Shown here: piece by piece, positions 49,471-57,247 of the stretch | Layout of the letters: the number at the start of each line of letters is the position of its first letter | Numbering within the stretch: position 1 is the first letter of the stretch | From: an uncultured delta proteobacterium | GTDB lineage: Bacteria > Desulfobacterota > Binatia > Binatales > Binataceae | DNA: 64,000 nt | Assembly: GCA_963765675.1 (NCBI GenBank) | Contig: CAVXXK010000001.1 | Location: 1,920,001 to 1,984,000, forward strand | Direction of reading: 5' to 3' | The notes under the pieces: generated by a model | The model's database searches: none | Seen by the model: only the letters and a program-made list of their open reading frames with translations | What the model was told of the DNA's origin: nothing | Made by a program: the position numbers and the translations under genes

Positions 49471-50268
49471 TTAAAGGCCCAGCACGTCGCGCATCGAATA
49501 GAGTCCGGGTTTCTGATGCTCGATCCACGCCGCTGCGCGCAGCGCGCCGCGCGCGAGCGACTCGCGGCTCTGCGCGCGATGAATCAATTCCAGGCGCTCG
49601 CCCTGTCCACCGAAAATCACGGTATGGTCGCCGACGGCGTCGCCGGCGCGAATCGCCAGCACGCCAATCTGGTCGGGAGGACGCACTCCGGTAATTCCCT
49701 CGCGGCCATAGACCGCGTGCGCAGCCAGTTCCTGCCCGCGCGCCGACGCGATCGCGCGGCCGAGTCCGAGCGCGGTTCCGCTGGGTGCGTCGACCTTGGT
49801 GCGATGATGGATCTCGATCACCTCAGCATCGAAGTCGGGCAGAATCGCGGCAACTTCGGCGGCGATTTTCATCAGCACGTTTACGCCGACGCTCATATTC
49901 GGCGCGATCACGGCGCGGATGCGCGGTGCGATCTCCCTGGCGCGCTTTTCCTGCTCCGCGGAAAATCCAGTCGAGCCGATGACGATCGCGCCTCCCGCCA
50001 CAACCGCCGCTTCGAGATGCTCCATCGACGCCGCCGCCGTGGTGAAATCCAGCGTGACGGTGCCGGGCCGCACGAGCGCCGCGTAGTCGTCGGTGATCCT
50101 GATTCCGAGCGCGCCGACTCCGGCGATATCACCTGCGTCCTTGCCGACCGCCGCGATTCCGCGAGCCTCGACCGCGCCGACGAGCTTGTGCGCGCTGTCG
50201 TGCGCCGCGAACGTGATGAGCATCTTGCCCATCCGGCCCGCTGCTCCCGCGACGATCAAATTTGCCAT
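49471..50268 (-). CDS. dapB: 4-hydroxy-tetrahydrodipicolinate reductase
   Basis: GAAGRMG, DFT, GSTG, APNMSVGVN, EIHHRTKVDAPSGTA. Confidence 0.96.
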   Translation of the reverse strand: MANLIVAGAAGRMGKMLITFAAHDSAHKLVGAVEARGIAAVGKDAGDIAGVGALGIRITDDYAALVRPGTVTLDFTTAAASMEHLEAAVVAGGAIVIGSTGFSAEQEKRAREIAPRIRAVIAPNMSVGVNVLMKIAAEVAAILPDFDAEVIEIHHRTKVDAPSGTALGLGRAIASARGQELAAHAVYGREGITGVRPPDQIGVLAIRAGDAVGDHTVIFGGQGERLELIHRAQSRESLARGALRAAAWIEHQKPGLYSMRDVLGL

Positions 50269-50330
50269 TGGGATGACTGCGTGCGCATGGCCGCGCGACG
50301 CGCGAGCCCGCGCAGGTTGATCTACGAACG

Positions 50331-50585
50331 CTAGGCCGCGGGAGCCTCTGCTTCTGCCGCTGGCGTGGCGGCGGTTGCGCCACCCTTGCCGGTCTTGGCG
50401 GCGAAATGCTCTTCGCACAAGCTCAGGCGAAAGCGCTTTTTGCGGCATTTCTCGAAGGTGCAGGTCTTGTAGCGCGCCTTGGGCATCTCGCCCGCGCGCC
50501 AGAGCCGATAATGCTTGCGGCAGTAGCGCTTTGCGACCGCCTCGTGTTTGCAATCCGTAGCTTTGCAGGTTCCTTTGCTTGCCAT
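50331..50585 (-). CDS. Small basic protein with two C-x4-C...C-x2-H units (resembles myxobacterial vegetative protein)
   Basis: CKATDC..YCRKHY and CTFEKC..LCEEHF; Ala-rich tail. Confidence 0.7.
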   Translation of the reverse strand: MASKGTCKATDCKHEAVAKRYCRKHYRLWRAGEMPKARYKTCTFEKCRKKRFRLSLCEEHFAAKTGKGGATAATPAAEAEAPAA

Positions 50586-50767
50586 GAATCCCCGTTCCAA
50601 AGGCCGCTTGGAGCACGGCCTAAAGTGTCAATTCAGCAGAATATCGACCATACCGTTTGCCGCTCCCGCTTCATAGAGGGCGCGACAATGACATGGAGCG
50701 CACAAATGACGCTTCGCGTATGCCGACGAGCCGTCGGCTGCCACTGCAAAAAAGATCAGTCGCGCGA

Positions 50768-51388
50768 TCAAACTACCGAGCGCAGGATTCTGTAGATCGG
50801 TTCCAACTCGCCGAAGGCGTCGATTACCTCGGCGCGGTCGATGCGTAAAGCTTCGCGCACCGGCCATCCGAAGCCCAGGTCGATCCCTCCGGTCTTCTTT
50901 TTGAGCGACTCGGATATCGTGGTGAACAGTTCTTCGCTGGCCGGATTCTCCTCGGGCAAAGCGGCGAAGTCCCATCGATCGTAGCGAGCGATCCTTGTGC
51001 CGCGCAGCGATTTCGCGAGCGCCGAAGATTTCGCCGCGATCCGCTGCGCCATCTCGGGCCGGTTGTCCGCATCCGATTTGACAACTACACGCGCATGAAT
51101 CCCAAGCCTCGAGATACATAGCGCCAGGTAGCCATAGCGTTTGTAGCCTTTCGGAGACGGGCCCCATGCTGCCCAGGTTTCAGCGGGAGGATTCACCGTT
51201 CGCCGCATATGCTTGGCGACGTGCGGAAAAAACTCCATGTGCAGCTTGCGTCCGAGCTCGGGAGCGAGCTCCGCGCCGAGCCGCGTCAGGCGCGGACGCA
51301 CGCGCGCCGCGATTTGCTCCATCCGCGCGCTGAAGCCTTCGATCTCGAAGATCCGGAAATCGTTCTGTGAGAATCCAAGTGATGCCAT
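50768..51388 (-). CDS. DUF1054 / YktB-like protein
   Basis: GFSQNDF, PHVAKHMRRTVNPPAETWAA..KGYK. Confidence 0.85.
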   Translation of the reverse strand: MASLGFSQNDFRIFEIEGFSARMEQIAARVRPRLTRLGAELAPELGRKLHMEFFPHVAKHMRRTVNPPAETWAAWGPSPKGYKRYGYLALCISRLGIHARVVVKSDADNRPEMAQRIAAKSSALAKSLRGTRIARYDRWDFAALPEENPASEELFTTISESLKKKTGGIDLGFGWPVREALRIDRAEVIDAFGELEPIYRILRSVV

Positions 51389-51409
51389 CGTCAGGTCCTC
51401 TTTACTGCG

Positions 51410-51817
51410 TTACTTTCGCGCCGGTTTTTCCGGATCGACGCCGCGCTGATCGCGAAATGCGGCTTCCCAGTTGCGTCCGTCGAAGCGCCTGATCTTGAGA
51501 GCGCTCAAATCAACTCCGTCGAGACATCGCGCGTTCACATCGATCTTGTCCGGGTCCGAGCGTGGGATGTAAAACGGCGCGACGCCGCATCGCGGACAAA
51601 AATGATGCTTCGCGACGCCGGTGTTGAAGGAGTAGGTCGCAAGATCTTTCTCAGGCGTCAGCAGGCGAAACGCGTCGTGCGCGACAATCCAGTGCAGATA
51701 GGCTTTTTTCGCGCAGATTGAACAATTGCATTCGTCAACCAGCTCAATCGCGCCCGTTACCTCGAATGCTATCGCGCCGCAATGGCAGCTGCCGTGATGT
51801 TTGCGATCGCTTTTCAT
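51410..51817 (-). CDS. GFA / CENP-V family protein
   Basis: GSCHCG, CNCSIC, HHFCPRCGV, VNARCL, FDGRNWE. Confidence 0.92.
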   Translation of the reverse strand: MKSDRKHHGSCHCGAIAFEVTGAIELVDECNCSICAKKAYLHWIVAHDAFRLLTPEKDLATYSFNTGVAKHHFCPRCGVAPFYIPRSDPDKIDVNARCLDGVDLSALKIRRFDGRNWEAAFRDQRGVDPEKPARK

Positions 51818-52033
51818 GGTTTGTTGGTCTCGTACGCCCGCGAGTCTAGCGTTTTTCACCCGCGCAAAGGTAATGGGCGCTCCGCTATCGCAGCCGCGAT
51901 CAAAATGAGACTCCGCGTATAGCTCGCACCGCTCGATCTCCGTATGCTGAAGGCACATAAATCCCTTCAACTGTATCGAATCCGCGCGCTGGCGCATTCG
52001 TACAAAATACCAAGGGATGGAGGTTTCGTTTCA

Positions 52034-52333
52034 ATGAAGATTGGGAAGAGTGCAGTGACCGTACTGTCCGCGATGGTGTTTGTCGGTGCGATAGCGCTCC
52101 CGGCGATCGCGGGACATCCATTTCGCAACACCGACGAATTCCTGTCGAAAAATCCTGCGATAGCCTCGGAGCTGCAGAGGGATCCGAAGTTGATCGACAA
52201 CCAGGCGTGGGTCAGAAGCCATCCGCAGCTAAGAAGCTATCTGCACAATCATCCGGAGGCGCGTCACGATTTCAAGAGTCGCCCGAATCACTTCGTCAAC
52301 AAGGAAGACAAGTATCAGGCCCGTCACAACTAG
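52034..52333 (+). CDS. Small secreted protein
   Basis: Signal peptide ending PAIA; helical repeats FLSKNP / VRSHP / LHNHP; followed by a terminator. Confidence 0.7.
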   Translation: MKIGKSAVTVLSAMVFVGAIALPAIAGHPFRNTDEFLSKNPAIASELQRDPKLIDNQAWVRSHPQLRSYLHNHPEARHDFKSRPNHFVNKEDKYQARHN

Positions 52334-52367
52334 TTTCGCCGCGCGCCGCTGATACCCTCGCACAGTC

Positions 52368-52400
52368 AAGAGGAGCCGTTCATCCGGCTCCTCTTTTTTT
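52368..52400 (+). terminator. Rho-independent terminator
   Basis: AAGAGGAGCCG / CGGCTCCTCTT stem followed by a T run. Confidence 0.85.
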
Positions 52401-52622
52401 GGCCGGCAACATCACCGAGGTCTTCGAAATGACGAATGAGGTCCTGACGCTTAGCTAATCTACCAGACGAAGCCCGCGATTTTGGTTCAAAGGATTTTCA
52501 AGGGCATCCAACTGCCCAGGCGCGCGGGCTTTGTCGCGATTGAGGCGAGCGTGATATGACGAGCGCACGAACCGCACGTGATGAGCGCGCGGAAATTTTG
52601 AGATGCGAGTGAGGTCCTGACG

Positions 52623-53783
52623 ATGGCGATGAAGATCGAAGGAACCTGCGACCCCAAATTCAATCGGGTCAAAGATGCGTTCGCGGCCAATTTCGAATCC
52701 GGCGTCGAGGTTGGCGCCGCGGTGGCGCTGACGCTCGACGGAAAGCCGATCGTGGATCTATGGGCCGGCCACGCCGACAAGGAAAAAACCCGGCCGTGGA
52801 CGCGCGACACGATCGTCAACGTCTATTCGACCACCAAGGGGCTGACCGCGATCTGCGCGCATCGGCTGGTCGATCAGGGCAAGCTCGATATCGATGCGCC
52901 AGTGGCGAAATACTGGCCCGAATTCGCGGCAGCGGGTAAAGAAAAAATTCCGGTGCGATTTCTGCTCTGCCATCGCGCCGGACTGCCGGCGGTCAGCAAA
53001 CCACTTGCGCCCGATGCATTGTTCGACTGGACCACGATGTGCTCGGCGCTCGCCGAGCAGAAGCCGTGGTGGGATCCGGGAATGCGCCACGGTTACCATG
53101 CGCTGACGTTCGGATTTCTGGTAGGCGAAGTGATTCGCCGGATCACGGGAAAATCTCCCGGAACTTTTTTTCGCGACGAACTCGCGAAGCCGCTCGGCCT
53201 CGATACTCATATCGGGCTCGGCGCTGAGCATGACGCGCGCACCGCGAACATGATCGCGTCGCCGCCGCCCGCGCCCGGCGAGCCAAATATTTTCGCCGAG
53301 GTGCTGAAGAATCCCGAGTCGGTGACCGCCAAGGCGTTCGCGAATCCTCCGGTGCTGGGCGCGCCCGGCCTGGTAAACAGCCGCGCGTGGCGCGCCTGCG
53401 AACTACCCGCCGCCAACGGTCATACCACTGCGCGTTCGCTCGCGCGGCTCTACGGCGCGCTCGCGCGCGGCGGCGAAGTCGATGGCTACCGCGTGCTCAC
53501 TCCCGACAGTATCGTGCGATGCCACAGCGAACAGGCGAGCGGACCGGACGAAGTCCTGTTCATCTCGACGCGATTCGGGCTGGGTTTCATGATGTCGCAG
53601 CCGGGTGGAGCGATGGGCCCGAACGCGCGAGCCTTCGGGCATCCGGGAGCCGGCGGTTCACTCGGATTCGCTGACCCTCAGGCGAAGATCGGATTCGGAT
53701 ACGTGATGAACAAGATGCAGGCGGGAATCCTGATCGACCCGCGCGCAACCGCTCTGATCGATGCGGCATACGCGTCGCTGTAG
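52623..53783 (+). CDS. Beta-lactamase-family serine hydrolase (family VIII esterase-like), copy 1
   Basis: YSTTKG (SxxK), LLCHRAGL, HGYHA, FGHPGAGGS. Confidence 0.92.
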   Translation: MAMKIEGTCDPKFNRVKDAFAANFESGVEVGAAVALTLDGKPIVDLWAGHADKEKTRPWTRDTIVNVYSTTKGLTAICAHRLVDQGKLDIDAPVAKYWPEFAAAGKEKIPVRFLLCHRAGLPAVSKPLAPDALFDWTTMCSALAEQKPWWDPGMRHGYHALTFGFLVGEVIRRITGKSPGTFFRDELAKPLGLDTHIGLGAEHDARTANMIASPPPAPGEPNIFAEVLKNPESVTAKAFANPPVLGAPGLVNSRAWRACELPAANGHTTARSLARLYGALARGGEVDGYRVLTPDSIVRCHSEQASGPDEVLFISTRFGLGFMMSQPGGAMGPNARAFGHPGAGGSLGFADPQAKIGFGYVMNKMQAGILIDPRATALIDAAYASL

Positions 53784-53806
53784 AGCGCGCGCGAAGAAGG
53801 AAGGCA

Positions 53807-54970
53807 ATGGCTCCAAAGATTGAAGGAAGCTGCGGCGAGAAATTTCGTCGCGTGCGCGAGACCTTCGCAGCGAATTTCGAGAATGGCGGTGAAATCGGCG
53901 CGGCAGTTGCCGTGACGCTGGACGGTGCGCCAGTCGTCGATCTGTGGAGTGGTCATGCGGACGCGGCGCGCACGCGGCCGTGGACCCGAGACACGCTGGT
54001 CAATGTCTATTCGACCACCAAGGGACTGACCGCGATGTGCGCGCATCGCCTGGTCGATCAGAACAAGCTCAATCTCGACGCTCCGGTCGCGCGCTATTGG
54101 CCCGAGTTCGCGCAAGCGGGCAAAGACAAACTGCCGGTGCGATTTCTGCTTAGCCATCAGGCGGGACTGCCCGCGGTGAGCAAGCAACTCGCGGCCGAAA
54201 CTTTTTACGATTGGAACGCGATGTGCGCCGCGCTGGCCGAGCAGAAACCATGGTGGGAGCCGGGCACTCGCCACGGTTATCACGCGATTACCTATGGATG
54301 GCTGGTGGGCGAAGTGATTCGCCGCGTGAGCGGGAAGACGATGGGCGCGTATTTCCGCGACGAGATCGCGAGGCCGCTCGGCCTCGACGCCCACGTCGGA
54401 CTCGATGCCAAAGAAGACCCGCGCGTGGCGGAAATCGTACCGGCGCCGCCACCTCCGCCGGGACAGCCGAACCCGCTTCAAGAGATGCTCAAGAACCCCG
54501 AGTCGATGGTCGCGCGGGCGATCATGAATCCTCCGACGGTGGTGCTCGATCCCAAGGTGGTCAACAGCCGCGCGTTCCGCGCAATGGAATTGCCTTCTGC
54601 CAATGGACACGCTACCGCACGGTCGCTGGCTCGCGTGTATGGAGCGCTCGCGCGGGGCGGCGAGGTCGATGGCTACCGCGTGCTCAGCCCGGCGAGTATC
54701 GAGCGAGCCTACGCCGAGCAGGCGTTTGGATTCGACGAAGTCCTGCAACAAACGTCGCGGATCGGACTCGGCTTCATGCTGTCGCACGCGGGCGCGCGGC
54801 TCGGACCGAATCCGCACGCGTTCGGGCATCCGGGCGCGGGCGGCTCTTTAGGCTTCGCCGATCCCGACGCGAGAATCGGTTTCGGCTACGCGATGAACCA
54901 GATGGGTTCCGACACGGTAATGGATCCGCGCACGTACAGGCTGATCGACGCGGTGTACGCGTCGCTCTGA
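53807..54970 (+). CDS. Beta-lactamase-family serine hydrolase, copy 2 (tandem paralog)
   Basis: Same motifs as copy 1; colinear with it over the full length. Confidence 0.92.
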   Translation: MAPKIEGSCGEKFRRVRETFAANFENGGEIGAAVAVTLDGAPVVDLWSGHADAARTRPWTRDTLVNVYSTTKGLTAMCAHRLVDQNKLNLDAPVARYWPEFAQAGKDKLPVRFLLSHQAGLPAVSKQLAAETFYDWNAMCAALAEQKPWWEPGTRHGYHAITYGWLVGEVIRRVSGKTMGAYFRDEIARPLGLDAHVGLDAKEDPRVAEIVPAPPPPPGQPNPLQEMLKNPESMVARAIMNPPTVVLDPKVVNSRAFRAMELPSANGHATARSLARVYGALARGGEVDGYRVLSPASIERAYAEQAFGFDEVLQQTSRIGLGFMLSHAGARLGPNPHAFGHPGAGGSLGFADPDARIGFGYAMNQMGSDTVMDPRTYRLIDAVYASL

Positions 54971-54998
54971 GAGACTTTCGGCGAGAGAAGGCGGGAGT

Positions 54999-55853
54999 TT
55001 AAAGTCCGGCGGACTGGTGCAACGCGCAGCGTAATTTGAAGAAGTGCGTCATCGAGGTCATGTAGCGCACGCGCCACGCCGACGGCATCTTTCCGTTCTT
55101 CAGATTCACATTGTAGCGCGTGCCGATCAGGCTGTAGGCCTTGCGAATCCGGCGGAAGAGCTCGTCCCCGGAGCCTGGGGTGACTCCGCCGATCGCGCCG
55201 ATCTCGGTCATCAATTCCTTGCTGTAGGCGGCCAGCGCCACAAGGCTGTCGGCGAACAATTCGTCGCCTTCCTTCAGATGGCTGGAGAAGGTGCCCTCCA
55301 TGAACGCGGTCATCGAGGCTTTCTCTCCGACCAGAGAGCCGTAGATGTAATGTCCCAATTCGTGGCCGAGCGTCGCTGCGACCGCAGCGGGGTGATGCGC
55401 GGTATTCACGAAGATTACGAACTTGCTGCGTTCGCCGATATTGGTGCGGCAGAAAAATCCGCGCAGGGAAAGGCCGGCGCCTTGCCGATACGGCTCGGCG
55501 CGCAGTTCGATCTCGCGGGGACCGAACGTGCGAAACAGTTTGTCGATTACTTCCGGGCTGTCGAGATTGTTCCAGCGTCCGTCGTACGACTTGATATCGC
55601 TGTCGATCACCTGGGCGAGCTCTCGGACCAGGCGCCGCTCCGGCATCGCCGGCTCCTCGAGATAGTTTGCCGAAAGAACTTTCTTCAGATCGGTGAGTTG
55701 CCCCAACACGCGCTTGCCCATCGAGTTGAACGGCACCTTGATTTCGTCGAGTAGGCGCGAAATCAACCCGTCCACCTCGCGCGAAGCCATCGCGTCCGGT
55801 CCGCGGCTGGAGATGCGTTTTCCAAGTTCAGGCGAAATTAGGGCTGCGCTCAT
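54999..55853 (-). CDS. ImmA/IrrE-like (M78) zinc metallopeptidase
   Basis: LRGFF..FVIFVNT.H..ATLGHELGH..DELFAD: HEXXH plus a downstream E-x2-AD. Confidence 0.75.
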   Translation of the reverse strand: MSAALISPELGKRISSRGPDAMASREVDGLISRLLDEIKVPFNSMGKRVLGQLTDLKKVLSANYLEEPAMPERRLVRELAQVIDSDIKSYDGRWNNLDSPEVIDKLFRTFGPREIELRAEPYRQGAGLSLRGFFCRTNIGERSKFVIFVNTAHHPAAVAATLGHELGHYIYGSLVGEKASMTAFMEGTFSSHLKEGDELFADSLVALAAYSKELMTEIGAIGGVTPGSGDELFRRIRKAYSLIGTRYNVNLKNGKMPSAWRVRYMTSMTHFFKLRCALHQSAGL

Positions 55854-55962
55854 ACGGGCACCAGATCTCTGTCTCTAAACGAGACACCCCTCCCCGAAAA
55901 TCAGAGAGTAGTATGATCAGAACTAACTGGCGATACAAGTAAATCGAATGCAAAACGTTAAG

Positions 55963-55979
55963 CGCAAGTCTCGTGCCGC
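55963..55979 (-). promoter_or_regulatory. Sigma54 promoter of the IrrE-like peptidase gene
   Basis: Minus strand CGGCACGAGACTTGCG versus consensus TGGCACG-N4-TTGC; about 110 bp upstream of the ATG. Confidence 0.7.
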
Positions 55980-56138
55980 ACAATATATAGGTGCCTCGAG
56001 CCCGGAACCTACTAACGGTGGGGATCGGTGCTTTTTGGCCGATGTCACAACGCAACGTCTGTCTGAGACTTTGTCGCAGAACTGACACATTTCCAATATC
56101 TGGGCGGGCTGTCCGCCCAGCGTTGAGGTTGTCGCCGG

Positions 56139-56561
56139 TCATTGAGAATTCAGCGCCTGGCGGACGGTATTCAGGATGTACAGGAAATCGCGCGTGCTGC
56201 GTACCTCGCCCATCAGCGCGACGCGCGAGAGCATTTCCATTTCCTGCGACGTGACGCGCATCGAGTTCCGCAGTTGTTCACTGCGGCTGAACTCTTCCCA
56301 CGCCGAGCTGGCGGAAGTCTCCGCCGGCGAAGCAACGATTGCGTGCGCTTTCGGATTCGCAAGGAAGAAGAGTTCCTTGCAATCGAACCCCAGCACGTCG
56401 GCCAGCCGCGCGACGATCTCCTCAGATGGATGTCGTTTGCCAGATTCGAGGTGGCCGATGTAGGGGGTCGAGGCGCCCACGCGATCCGCCACCTCCCGCT
56501 GAGTGAGATCCATCTGCCGCCGCCGTTCGCGGATCACTTCCCCAAAAGTCGCCTTGACCAT
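56139..56561 (-). CDS. XRE-family HTH repressor with DdrO-like C-terminal domain
   Basis: FGEVIRERRRQMDLTQREVA..PYIGHLESGKRHPS; C-terminal MLSRVALMG; AAGGAGG RBS. Confidence 0.88.
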   Translation of the reverse strand: MVKATFGEVIRERRRQMDLTQREVADRVGASTPYIGHLESGKRHPSEEIVARLADVLGFDCKELFFLANPKAHAIVASPAETSASSAWEEFSRSEQLRNSMRVTSQEMEMLSRVALMGEVRSTRDFLYILNTVRQALNSQ

Positions 56562-56678
56562 GACTTACCGTGCCCTCCTTGATGCCGCTGCTATGAGCGG
56601 TGCAATTCAGTTCCAGTCCATTCCAAATCGCGCGCGGCGGTCCCCGTCGAGCGCGTCAACCTCGTTTACTGTTCGGAT

Positions 56679-57113
56679 TCAGTCTCGAGCCGCACCAACC
56701 TCTTCAACGTGATTCCTGCGGCCCGGACCTGCCGCGCCAAGCGCGGTGGAGCGGCGCCTGTCATCTAGCGCCTGCAGACACGCCGTGCGTCCGGCGGACT
56801 TCTGGATTTGGCGCCGTTTCCTTTCCAGCGCTGAAACGATAGCGCGGTGAGCGGTCAGTCGGCCGCCCAATTCGACCCAATGGCACGGCGGACAAACAGG
56901 CGTACAGAAACCGGTTTCGCCGGCCCCGCTGCATCGATAACGCGCGCCACAACTGGCGCATCGATGCGCATGTGCGCCCGTCGCCACGCGCGAAAGCTCG
57001 TCGGAAGGGTCCGGACATGGCAGCGGCAGCAGCATGAGGGCTGATTCGTTATCCGCCGTATCAATGATGAGCCGGCTGATGCGCGCGCCAGTGACTGAGC
57101 GAGGCTTTCCCAT
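56679..57113 (-). CDS. Hypothetical Cys-rich, putative Zn-binding protein
   Basis: HRCASC..YRC..FCTPVCPPCHW followed by a helix. Start at 57113 or 57035. Confidence 0.55.
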   Translation of the reverse strand: MGKPRSVTGARISRLIIDTADNESALMLLPLPCPDPSDELSRVATGAHAHRCASCGARYRCSGAGETGFCTPVCPPCHWVELGGRLTAHRAIVSALERKRRQIQKSAGRTACLQALDDRRRSTALGAAGPGRRNHVEEVGAARD

Positions 57114-57121
57114 AACTCGCC

Positions 57122-57150
57122 ATTGTTCATGTAATCCTACATTCTGTCAA
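57122..57150 (-). promoter_or_regulatory. Sigma70-type promoter with a palindromic operator in the spacer
   Basis: Minus strand TTGACA-N17-AACAAT; palindrome ATGTA-N4-TACAT at 57129-57142. Confidence 0.65.
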
Positions 57151-57247
57151 GTAGCCTAAGCATACTGTAAGCAGATTTTTGCCCGCTGTAATGCGTTCAA
57201 TTAGGCACAGCCGGACGGGCTAATTCGCGGATGACAAACAGGGATGG

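Noticed and set aside
49471-50616. Long N-terminal extensions or fusions in the ORF track (dapB 381 aa, coxB from 40737, ispG from 26703, pcaB from 58999, oxidoreductase from 60796, methyltransferase from 30229)
   Set aside because: The extensions overlap neighbouring real genes. Family homology and RBS positions point to downstream starts.
52437-52625. Direct repeat TGAGGTCCTGACG at about 52437 and 52610
   Set aside because: Only 13 bp, and it resembles the RBS-to-start context seen at other genes (before 51388 and 7186). Not enough to call an element.
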